Assembly (NCBI GenBank): GCA_027482685.1
Contig: JAIXVU010000008.1
Span: 4,652-68,651, forward strand
DNA from: a bacterium
Lineage (GTDB): Bacteria; Patescibacteriota; Minisyncoccia; Phycocordibacterales; UBA5272
Reading direction: 5' to 3'
DNA: 64,000 nucleotides
Positions 52,534 through 60,585 of the stretch are shown in pieces (the stretch's first letter is position 1; the number at the start of each line of letters is the position of its first letter). The position numbers were made by a program, and so were the translations under genes. Under the pieces are notes generated by a model that searched no databases, was not told the origin of the DNA, and saw nothing but the letters and a program-made list of their open reading frames with translations.

Positions 52534-53262
52534 ATGAAAATTCAGAAAGACACAATATTGGGGCACGCTATGATTATCCCTATTATATTCGAGGATAACA
52601 ATATATTAGTTATCGATAAACCCTCAGGTCTTGTTGTGCATCCGTTTGATTTTTCTGATGAGTCAACACTTATTGATTTTTTACGTATTCATATACCAGA
52701 ATCTTTTTCTATAAATAACACTATAACGCTTCAAGATGGCCGTGAGATAGCCCTTGGTGGTATCGTACATAAACTCGACCGTGATACCTCTGGTGTGATG
52801 GTGGTTGCGAAAAACCAGCAATCATTTGATGCGCTTCAAAAGCAGTTCCAGAGAAAAGACGGAGCACAGCCTGTTACAAAAGTATACGTTGCAGTAGTCG
52901 AGAGAATTATTAAAGAAGACTCTTTTACAATTGATGCACCACTGGGGAGAGAAAAGAAAGGCTACAAGCAAGTGGTCAATCCTAGCAACCCTCGTGGAGA
53001 ACTGCGCGATGCTGTAACTAAAGTTAAGGTGATACAAAGAAATGCGGAAACAACGCTCGTAGAGCTACACCCCGTCACTGGTAGGACACATCAGTTACGT
53101 GCACACATGTCATCAATCGGACATGCTATTGTTGGTGACATCGCATATGGTAGCACCTTCCCTGCTACACGAATCATGCTACACGCACAATCACTATCGT
53201 TTATGGTTGATGGGAAGGAATATATTTTTGAGGCAAAGGTGCCGGACGGGTTTACTGTCTAA
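52534..53262 (+). CDS. RluA-family pseudouridine synthase
   Basis: HKLDRDTSGVMVVAKN carries the catalytic Asp. Confidence 0.8.
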   Translation: MKIQKDTILGHAMIIPIIFEDNNILVIDKPSGLVVHPFDFSDESTLIDFLRIHIPESFSINNTITLQDGREIALGGIVHKLDRDTSGVMVVAKNQQSFDALQKQFQRKDGAQPVTKVYVAVVERIIKEDSFTIDAPLGREKKGYKQVVNPSNPRGELRDAVTKVKVIQRNAETTLVELHPVTGRTHQLRAHMSSIGHAIVGDIAYGSTFPATRIMLHAQSLSFMVDGKEYIFEAKVPDGFTV

Positions 53263-53280
53263 AAATATTTCTACAAGAAG

Positions 53281-53877
53281 TTATCGTAATAGATACGCAA
53301 CGAGAAGCGTTGATACAATATCTCCTGCGAAGAGATACGGCGCTATCTGTCTAAATGGCACTTTACCAAACGCGAGACCAACGAGCAAGATATCATTAGG
53401 GGCTGGGAAGAACGCACTATAACAAAAGATGAATATATGTAACATCCAGTCAGGCAGTATCTTTATTGCTCTTGCTGTAAAGTCTGTTACTTTTTTCCAA
53501 TGCCTATCTATAATATATGTACTTCTACTTATGACATAATAGAAAATAAAATCACTCAGACATACACCAAGGCCACCTGTGATACCAAGTAGAAGCGGAT
53601 TAGCCCCACCTTTTGCAAGGGCTCCGATTGTGACGTAAAAGGTCGTACTGGTAATGGATGAAAATCCGCAAATAGCCGAGACAATAAACGCAACTAAGTA
53701 TGAATTTTGTATGCCAATCTTCTGCACTAGCGAATCAGGAGAAACGAAATGAAAGAATATTCCCCATCCGATAGTAATGAGTACTATAAGTATGATAGGT
53801 CCATAAAACTTAAGCCAAGAGATAGTAATTTCTCTTTGCATACTAGTTGTAATATTTAGCAAGAAGAACCCTTGCAC
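53281..53877 (-). CDS. DedA/SNARE-associated (VTT domain) membrane protein; alternative start at 53841
   Basis: Multi-TM with a DedA-like G-rich motif. Confidence 0.55.
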   Translation of the reverse strand: MQGFFLLNITTSMQREITISWLKFYGPIILIVLITIGWGIFFHFVSPDSLVQKIGIQNSYLVAFIVSAICGFSSITSTTFYVTIGALAKGGANPLLLGITGGLGVCLSDFIFYYVISRSTYIIDRHWKKVTDFTARAIKILPDWMLHIFIFCYSAFFPAPNDILLVGLAFGKVPFRQIAPYLFAGDIVSTLLVAYLLR

Positions 53878-53916
53878 ACATGAGACTTATCAAGACTACA
53901 CCATAGGTTGTAGTCA

Positions 53917-54540
53917 TTACCGTATTTCAATTAACACTTCGTTACGAGTCATCCATGGTGGAGTCCATGGTGCGTTATACCCCGCATATGATGGCTTCCC
54001 AATGATCTCTATTGTATCTTTAGATAATAGATCAAGTAATTTCTTTTCCATCGTCTCTATACGAGTATCAGTTCTGTATCCAGAAAATCTAATTACAGCA
54101 ACTTGTTTGGCTGGAACTTCGACAATCTTAACCCTTTCATCAGTTGGTGTAGGAAGAGTATCTGGTGTATATGACTTTGGCATCCCAAAAGATATTGTCC
54201 TTGTTTCTTTTTCGTTACCTACGACAACAGGTGCAGTCATTGCAATTTTCTCTGATCCTCCTTCTTGCATAACTACAGGAGATGTCATTGCAATATTTTG
54301 CTTTTTTGTATTTGCTCCGAATATATAGCTAGCGACGATGGTGAAGCCTTTGTTCATCGACTCACTATATGATCCAGTCACTGTGGTTTGAGCCACAATG
54401 TGTGATGGATAACTTCGTATCTCGTATTCTTTTTCATTTTTCACAACTGAATATTCCGCCTGCTCAACACGTGAAGCAAAGTAACTGTATATAGACCAAA
54501 TAACAAGCACAAGGACGATAACAAACAAAGTTATTATCAT
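53917..54540 (-). CDS. SOUL/HBP heme-binding family protein with N-terminal TM
   Basis: YEIRSYP...TSPV pattern. Confidence 0.55.
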   Translation of the reverse strand: MIITLFVIVLVLVIWSIYSYFASRVEQAEYSVVKNEKEYEIRSYPSHIVAQTTVTGSYSESMNKGFTIVASYIFGANTKKQNIAMTSPVVMQEGGSEKIAMTAPVVVGNEKETRTISFGMPKSYTPDTLPTPTDERVKIVEVPAKQVAVIRFSGYRTDTRIETMEKKLLDLLSKDTIEIIGKPSYAGYNAPWTPPWMTRNEVLIEIR

Positions 54541-54611
54541 ACTAATCAGTATAGCAGTTATGTTCTAAAAGAAGGCATAAAAGATGTACCTTAGGATTTA
54601 GCTATAATTTG

Positions 54612-54805
54612 ATAGTGCCCAGGGCGGGACTCGGCTACAAGTTTTCTTTCGCCGACGCCCAAGAAACTCGCAGCCCGCCCCTCGTGGTTTCGCTTGCTAG
54701 CGAAACATCACTGCGGCCCTTCAAGCCTCAACGCACACCAAGCAGTTGGTGTGCTCCCTGGGCACTATGTAAAAAATACGTACATATGTGTACGTATTTT
54801 TTACA
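54612..54805 (-). repeat. tRNA-Leu(TAA)-associated structured module
   Basis: A 22-nt duplicate of the tRNA 3' end lies at 54612-54633; hairpin GCACACCAA-GCAG-TTGGTGTGC; a 29-bp perfect palindrome (54755-54816) runs into the tRNA acceptor 3' strand. Confidence 0.7.
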
Positions 54806-54808
54806 TAG

Positions 54809-54890
54809 TGCCCAGGGCGGGACTCGAACCCGCACGCACAATGTGCTGAGGATTTTAAGTCCTCTATGTCTACCATTCCATCACCCGGGC
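54809..54890 (-). tRNA. tRNA-Leu (anticodon TAA)
   Basis: GCCCGGG acceptor, anticodon loop CTTAAAA, long variable arm, T-arm GCGGG-TTCGAGT-CCCGC. Confidence 0.85.
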
Positions 54891-54945
54891 AAATCTAGAG
54901 TGCTTGACTATTCTAACAAATTTTCTGAAACAAAGGAATCGATAA

Positions 54946-55548
54946 TTACTTTACAACCTTTAATGTGAATAATCCAATAGTTGATACAAATATCGCACCG
55001 AGTGTGTCCATCAGCATATCCTTTTGTGCATCCCATATATCCCCTTGAGATCCGAGGAATGCGATACCAGCCTCACCCCCTGCCTTAACCGCGTACTGCC
55101 ATTCAATAAGTTCATAGACCATAGCAAGAGTGCCAATGAAGCATACAGAGAGAAAGAATGCCCAGAACTTCGTAGCTACTTTCTTATATTTCAAAACATA
55201 CTCCATGAGTCCATATGCAAAGAAGCCTGTCGTGAAGTGCCCAACCCTATCGAACATATTTCTCTCAAACCCGAAAAAATTATTAAACCAGTCAAACGGC
55301 ACACGCTCAAATGTATAGTGTCCGCCTATTGTATGAAGAAACGGCAAAATGAACATAAAGAAATATGCGAGATTAGAAAATCTAATACCACGAATATAGA
55401 GAACAACGAGGAATAGGACAATCGCTACAATCGGAAGATTTTCTGCATACCACACATCACGTGAATACGGGTTGATACCAAGTGCGATGAATTCAACAAC
55501 ATAAATACTTAGTAATAAATGTGGAAAATACTTTTGTATGAAGGTCAT
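54946..55548 (-). CDS. Multi-pass membrane protein (DUF2238/YjdF-like)
   Basis: Six TM segments; weak family resemblance. Confidence 0.4.
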   Translation of the reverse strand: MTFIQKYFPHLLLSIYVVEFIALGINPYSRDVWYAENLPIVAIVLFLVVLYIRGIRFSNLAYFFMFILPFLHTIGGHYTFERVPFDWFNNFFGFERNMFDRVGHFTTGFFAYGLMEYVLKYKKVATKFWAFFLSVCFIGTLAMVYELIEWQYAVKAGGEAGIAFLGSQGDIWDAQKDMLMDTLGAIFVSTIGLFTLKVVK

Positions 55549-55721
55549 ATTAAAAGTATAGCAAGAGGATAGAGAGTACTATATAGATACTGTGGTCACG
55601 AGTTACTAACTGCACTAATCGCACCGCGTGTGAGTTGCTCGTAAGTACTCGCAGCCCCGCATCGCACGTTTTAGAAAAGTAAGAAATTCAAACTTTTCTA
55701 AAACATTGCTGCGGCTGGCAC

Positions 55722-55800
55722 AACAGTGCAAAAGCAAAGAAGTTTGCTTTCTAGAACAAAAGCACTTGGCCTACCAAGCGCTTTGTTCTACTGTTGTGCC
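55722..55800. repeat. Nested three-way-junction structure
   Basis: The outer 11-bp stem GGCACAACAGT/ACTGTTGTGCC encloses AAAGCAAA-GAAGT-TTTGCTTT and AGAACAAAAGCACTTGG-CCTA-CCAAGCGCTTTGTTCT. Confidence 0.6.
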
Positions 55801-55898
55801 CCCAGTAGGGAGTTCGGTCACAAAACTACCTCGCGTTGCTCGAAGTAGTTTCGCGACCCCTATTCGATCCCTTACGCAAATGAAGCAGTTCATTTGCT
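55795..55898 (-). repeat. tRNA-Lys-associated structured module copy 3 ending in the tRNA-Lys 3'-end duplicate
   Basis: Reading the minus strand: hairpin GCAAATGAA-CTGC-TTCATTTGC, core GGTCGCGAAACTACTTCGAGCAACGCGAGGTAGTTTTGTGACC, then ccctactgggggcac. Confidence 0.7.
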
Positions 55899-55956
55899 CT
55901 GTTGTCGCTGATAATAAAAACACTTCCCATGATTACAAGGTAAGTGTTTTTATTAT

Positions 55957-56031
55957 GGTGCCCCCAGTAGGGATCGAACCTACGACCTGCGGATTAAGAG
56001 TCCGATGCTCTACCAGCTGAGCTATAGGGGC
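55957..56031 (-). tRNA. tRNA-Lys (anticodon CTT), CCA encoded
   Basis: GCCCCTA acceptor, anticodon loop CTCTTAA, T-arm GTAGG-TTCGATC-CCTAC, ending ACCA. Confidence 0.85.
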
Positions 56032-56134
56032 ATTTATGTGAGACATACTATACCATGCAATGGTAAATTATTCTAGAGTCTCCTGAGAAAATATGTTAGA
56101 ATGAAAAAACTTTTTGAAATGTGATTTCAAGAAA

Positions 56135-56154
56135 GAATGATGCAGTGGCGAAAA
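56135..56154 (+). repeat. 20-nt direct duplicate of the tRNA-Cys 5' end plus upstream 6 nt
   Basis: aagaatgatgcagtggcgaa recurs at 56251-56270. Confidence 0.7.
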
Positions 56155-56256
56155 GGTCCATGAGCGCAGCGAAATGTATGAAATAGCTCTGCGGTTAAAC
56201 CGTAGCGTTAGGATGCAGAAGTAAGAAATAGTTGTTAGAATATTTGAATAAAGAAT

Positions 56257-56330
56257 GATGCAGTGGCGAAGAGGCCTAACGCTGCGGTTTGCAAAACCGC
56301 CATTCGCGGGTTCGACTCCCGCCTGCATCT
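56257..56330 (+). tRNA. tRNA-Cys (anticodon GCA)
   Basis: GATGCAG acceptor, anticodon loop TTGCAAA, T-arm GCGGG-TTCGACT-CCCGC, discriminator U. Confidence 0.85.
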
Positions 56331-56332
56331 CA

Positions 56333-56514
56333 AAAAATAGCGAAGCGTTTTTTAAGGCGCAGGAAGACAGCACCTGCGTGCTGTCTGTCGAGAGTCGAAG
56401 CGCGGAGCTATATTTTTCTACCAAGAAAAATAGCGAGCGGCGGTCGGTGAGAAACTTCTGCGACGGCAAAAGTTTACTTGTCGAAGAATCTCCCGCCTGC
56501 ATCTCTAACAAATA
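56333..56514 (+). repeat. tRNA-Cys-associated structured module ending in a 25-nt near-identical copy of the tRNA 3' end plus trailer
   Basis: Hairpin AGACAGCAC-CTGC-GTGCTGTCT; ctcccgcctgcatctc(a/t)aa(a/c)aaatag repeated at 56317-56341 and 56490-56514. Confidence 0.65.
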
Positions 56515-56737
56515 GAATCAAAAATGAATACAGAAGAGGCGCCTTCGGCGCCTTATTTGTATTCTATCTAACATAATTTTAATAACACAACTAATTTGCA
56601 AATATGTCTATGGTATGAGAGGATAAGGTCGGAAATATCTTTTTGCTCTTTTACAAAAAAAGCAAGCAATTCAACTCATCTCTATTGAAAGGGTAATCAT
56701 GCGTATCACAAAAGCGTAAGGTTGTGTCATCGCTCTT

Positions 56738-57892
56738 GTGATGACGTCAATCTCGATGTATTTCTATCTGCTGTACTTCACAGGGTCACCGTTTCAACAA
56801 GCGAGTTACCACTGGGGAACATGGTTCTTTCTTGCTGGGCTGCTCTTTAGTAGATTCGGCGTGAATGATGTTGGGTCACATGGCTACCTTGCCTTTTTCG
56901 GTAAGGCGGTTCGTCATGCTGATGGCTCATATGTGAAGTGGGGAGATGGTATGTACCTTATCCCCACACTTTTCCCTCCATTTAATGTCATTGGCGTCCC
57001 TCTTGGTTGGACGATGAAGCACGCAAGTACAAGTGAGATCCCTATCCGTCCGGTAACACCACAAGAAGATAATTATGTCTTCTTGGATCATCGCTTGCCA
57101 CGTTACAACATCAATTCAACGGTTGGGTATTGGCAACAGACCTTCGCGAGGCTAACTGAGAATTTTATTAGTTGGGTCTTTAGCTACAACCCACAGAGCG
57201 AACTACGCTACCAGAAGATTGGTAGTATTCTCATGGTAATCGGTCTTGCGTTAGGGTGGTTCATGCAACAGCGACAGGGATACTTCCCCCAAACTGAACA
57301 AGTGATCACATATCAATCTGGTGAACAAAGTGCGGCAAAGGCCAAGATGATAACTAATAATAATCGCCAGCCGCAAGTAGTAGAGAGTGCGGCTACAATG
57401 CCTCGCCAACAACCTCCTGTCATCAATGGGTATACCGTCAACCTTGCTGTGGGGCAAGTGCCGAGATATCCATCACGTGCAGACTTCATGGAGGTGGTCA
57501 AGACCTCAGGAGTGCAGTACTACTACCGAGATGTAGACGGTCTCAAATACTTCTGGTATGTAGAAGGTGAAAGTGAAGCACCTGTTACCCTACCTCCATC
57601 ATCCTGCAAGATAGTGCCTGCAGGAAAAGAGGTAAGGCTATCCTCCAGTGTTCCACCACGGTACGTCATCAACATGGAAGAGTCCATTCTATACCGTGTG
57701 AAGAGCGCATACCTTCCCGAGAACGAACGCAGTCTGTTGTTCCCCAATAGTTCACAACTACGCAAGGGCACCTGGGGCATACTCCGTGCCAACTGGAACA
57801 CCTATGACAGGCAGAGTGACGGTATATTGGCGCGTACCCTTCCACAAGGCTCATTACCTTCGTCACAGTATGGTGGGCTTGTTTGTTTCTGA
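56738..57892 (+). CDS. Hypothetical protein, GC-elevated (~50%) island
   Basis: Long ORF with an N-terminal hydrophobic segment; no domain. Confidence 0.4.
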   Translation: MMTSISMYFYLLYFTGSPFQQASYHWGTWFFLAGLLFSRFGVNDVGSHGYLAFFGKAVRHADGSYVKWGDGMYLIPTLFPPFNVIGVPLGWTMKHASTSEIPIRPVTPQEDNYVFLDHRLPRYNINSTVGYWQQTFARLTENFISWVFSYNPQSELRYQKIGSILMVIGLALGWFMQQRQGYFPQTEQVITYQSGEQSAAKAKMITNNNRQPQVVESAATMPRQQPPVINGYTVNLAVGQVPRYPSRADFMEVVKTSGVQYYYRDVDGLKYFWYVEGESEAPVTLPPSSCKIVPAGKEVRLSSSVPPRYVINMEESILYRVKSAYLPENERSLLFPNSSQLRKGTWGILRANWNTYDRQSDGILARTLPQGSLPSSQYGGLVCF

Positions 57893-57928
57893 TCTCATAT
57901 GACTAGCGATGCAGGTCTAGTCTTTGCA

Positions 57929-57968
57929 CAGCCACGAGGTGAAAACTTCGTGGCTGTTTTCTTTTTTA
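57929..57968 (+). terminator. Rho-independent terminator
   Basis: CAGCCACGA-GGTGAAAACT-TCGTGGCTG followed by a T-run. Confidence 0.75.
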
Positions 57969-57995
57969 TATGATATCAGAGACCTATACGAAAGC

Positions 57996-58024
57996 TTGAC
58001 AAAAAAGTGTAAATAGTGTAAGAT
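57996..58024 (+). promoter_or_regulatory. Sigma-70-like promoter nearly identical to the 46182 promoter
   Basis: TTGACAAAAAAGTGTAAATAGTG-TAAGAT versus TTGACAAAAGTACAAAATAGTG-TATACT. Confidence 0.6.
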
Positions 58025-58089
58025 AGTAAACAGATGTTGTTTGAATGTTGTATAAGTTTAAGCAACTAATTCCACCGTTTGGAGGAAAG

Positions 58090-58479
58090 ATGAATGATGA
58101 AAAAAATCCTGAGGCGCCAAAAGTAGTTCTCGATGAACTACTTGGGAAGCTGGGGGTTGGAAAGGTGCCCAGCACCACCCCAACCCTCACGCTACCACCG
58201 GCCCCGACTGTGAGACATGCTACCGATTCGTCACGTGACATTGGTGGATATGCCTCACCCCCTCCGTCATCGGTCACCGATGGCAAGAAAGAAGAAAACA
58301 GCGCATTTGATCTGAAGGGGTTTCTCTTCAGGTTTGGAGTGAGCTCAGTTTTTTGGCTTGTTGTTGTGGGAGGAATGATACTCTACTTTGACAACAAAAG
58401 AGTCATTGCAGAATCATCCTCTCAAGTCGCAGCACCGAAGGGTGCATCGCGACAAATTCCTATCCCGCCCTCCAGGTGA
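58090..58479 (+). CDS. Hypothetical Pro-rich protein with C-terminal TM, GC-rich
   Basis: GGAGGAAAG RBS before ATG at 58090. Confidence 0.4.
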   Translation: MNDEKNPEAPKVVLDELLGKLGVGKVPSTTPTLTLPPAPTVRHATDSSRDIGGYASPPPSSVTDGKKEENSAFDLKGFLFRFGVSSVFWLVVVGGMILYFDNKRVIAESSSQVAAPKGASRQIPIPPSR

Positions 58480-58508
58480 AGGCACATCAACTACAGGAGA
58501 GAAAAAAC

Positions 58509-58880
58509 ATGGCTGGACTCCCCACAACCGTTGGCAGTAGGTCTGCCGCACCGGCATCGGCAACAAAGAGCAACAACGCCACCCAGGTGTTCGTTGTCGG
58601 CGTTCTCGTGGCGATGCTCGTCATTTTCCTCCACCTCTGGGGGAAGTATGACACTGATGCGCGCACCCAGCGCGCACAAGAATACAGTCAGACGGATGGA
58701 GCTCGTGAAGAACGAGCCTACCGTCTCGCGCTTGAAAGACTCGAAGCGGAAAAACTTCGTGCGCAAGCAGACTTGGAGAGGGCAAAACGGCTCGACGGCC
58801 GCACTGTTCTGATCCCGCCCAATGGAGCTGTCTGCCAAGACGGCTACCCATGGTCATCAACCACCGGATGTAACCGGTAG
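58509..58880 (+). CDS. Hypothetical single-TM protein with coiled-coil segment, GC-rich (~58%)
   Basis: AGGAGA RBS before ATG at 58509. Confidence 0.4.
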   Translation: MAGLPTTVGSRSAAPASATKSNNATQVFVVGVLVAMLVIFLHLWGKYDTDARTQRAQEYSQTDGAREERAYRLALERLEAEKLRAQADLERAKRLDGRTVLIPPNGAVCQDGYPWSSTTGCNR

Positions 58881-58891
58881 AAAGGATAAGC

Positions 58892-59170
58892 ATGTCTGAC
58901 CCAGCACCAAAGGCCGGAGGTCTAAAGCCCGGCGCAATCCTGCTCATCATCGGAGCGGTCGTTATCGGTGTCATCCTCATCGGGGTCGCCATCGAGGAAT
59001 TCCTCTTGTCCATTGCACGAGGAATCGGCAACGCATCCACCGAGCTCGCTCGTCGAGCGGGAGATATCAGTGTGGCAAAGCTGATCGCCCACGACATCGG
59101 AACCTGGATTGCAACAGCAATTGTTGTCCTGCTCTTCATTGGGTGGGCGGCGAAAAAGCTGAGGGAGTAG
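58892..59170 (+). CDS. Hypothetical two-TM small membrane protein, GC-rich
   Basis: 92 aa; two hydrophobic helices. Confidence 0.45.
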   Translation: MSDPAPKAGGLKPGAILLIIGAVVIGVILIGVAIEEFLLSIARGIGNASTELARRAGDISVAKLIAHDIGTWIATAIVVLLFIGWAAKKLRE

Positions 59171-59334
59171 CATCCCCTCCGTGATGACAACACGTAAAAA
59201 TCACCGAAGGCTACCCGCTTTCGTGTACATAGAATGTGTTCTCGTTTTACCGCGAGACCACAACCTCATGTGCGCGGAAAGAACGGGTAGCCTTCTTTTG
59301 TTTTGTATTGAAGTCGTATTGTTAGCCATCTCCA

Positions 59335-59420
59335 ACCCCGCCTTTTCAAAGCCTTGTGTAGTGCGACGGCGCAGAAGAGAGATAATTTCTAGCAAGAAAT
59401 TTACGTGCCTTGAAATGGTG
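59335..59420 (+). repeat. Structured repeat family B, copy 1 (upstream of dprA)
   Basis: CCTTTTCAAAGCC...TGCGACGGCGCA...AATTTCTAGCAAGAAATT...GCCTTGAAATGG: an outer stem plus two inner hairpins. Confidence 0.65.
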
Positions 59421-59538
59421 GGTTACAAAAAAATATGATAAGTTTTTATACAAGATATCTTACGTATCGAACCCCTCATTTTCGAAAAATGAACCCATTT
59501 TTACACCCCATTTCATTTCCTATATACTTAACTTTACA

Positions 59539-60438
59539 ATGACCCCTTCAGAAATAATCTGTATAGAACAAAAAGACTTCCATTCCCATCCTCTGCTTGC
59601 CCGATTACTTCAGCTTCATGATATACCGAAGCAACTATACATTCGTGGCACCCTACCTAATGTAACAATAGACGAGTACGGTCGTGCAACACCTCGCGTC
59701 CTCACTGTTGTAGGCTCACGCAAGCATACTCGTTATGGTAAACTCGCACTTGAAAAAATCATCTCGTCCCTTAACAAGGAAGAGGTCATCATACTTTCTG
59801 GACTAGCTCTTGGTATTGATAGCCTCGCGCATCAGTCAGCTCTTAGTAATACTCTACAAACCATCGCAGTCCCAGGGAGCGGTATCGCAACAACTGCTAT
59901 CTACCCTGCCTCACACAAGCACCTTGCCGAGAACATACTAGACCAGGGTGGTGTTCTTCTCTCTGAGTTTCCACCAGACACAAAAGCTGCTCCATGGACA
60001 TTCCCTGCACGCAACCGAGTGATGGCAGCATTATCTGACGCTGTACTTGTAGCAGAAGCAGAAGAAAAATCTGGCACGTTAATCACTGCACGACAAGCAC
60101 TTGAACTTGGTCGTGATATAGGAGCCATCCCTGGAGAGATACTTTCACCAACATCACTTGGTACCAATCTCCTTATCCGTGATGGAGCATATATGATAGC
60201 TACTACAGATGATATATATTCTCTTCTCCATCTTACGAAAAAAGAAAAAGGTGATGAAGATATAGAACTAACAGCTGATGAAAAAAGTATCGTCATACAT
60301 CTCACAGAACCACTAGAAAAAGACGCTCTTCTTATTCGCTCTAAGCTTGCACCGGATGTGTTTATGATGACACTTTCTACACTTGAACTTAAAGGAATTA
60401 TAGAAGAGACATTTGGCGAAGTACGAAAGATAGTGTAG
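59539..60438 (+). CDS. dprA: DNA processing protein DprA (Smf)
   Basis: Rossmann-like core VVGSRKHTRYG...SGLALGIDSLAHQ; start moved to the internal Met. Confidence 0.8.
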   Translation: MTPSEIICIEQKDFHSHPLLARLLQLHDIPKQLYIRGTLPNVTIDEYGRATPRVLTVVGSRKHTRYGKLALEKIISSLNKEEVIILSGLALGIDSLAHQSALSNTLQTIAVPGSGIATTAIYPASHKHLAENILDQGGVLLSEFPPDTKAAPWTFPARNRVMAALSDAVLVAEAEEKSGTLITARQALELGRDIGAIPGEILSPTSLGTNLLIRDGAYMIATTDDIYSLLHLTKKEKGDEDIELTADEKSIVIHLTEPLEKDALLIRSKLAPDVFMMTLSTLELKGIIEETFGEVRKIV

Positions 60439-60585
60439 TATTCTAGGGCTTAGACTTTAGGGACTAGGGTCTAGCTACTACAAAAATACAGTATATGTTA
60501 AAAAAATAATGTATACTTATGTATACTTCGCTAAGTCAACAAATCTCTAAACTGCCTAACCCCTAGTCCCTAACACCTAGTTTTT

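Noticed and set aside
56068-56515. ORFs of 147 and 86 aa overlapping tRNA-Cys and its flanking repeats
   Set aside because: They overlap a confidently folded tRNA and non-coding structured repeats; no coding signal.
59181-59438. Small ORFs at 59181-59438 and 62868-63050 with similar C-terminal peptides
   Set aside because: Both are translations of the two copies of repeat family B; the similarity comes from the repeat, not from protein homology.
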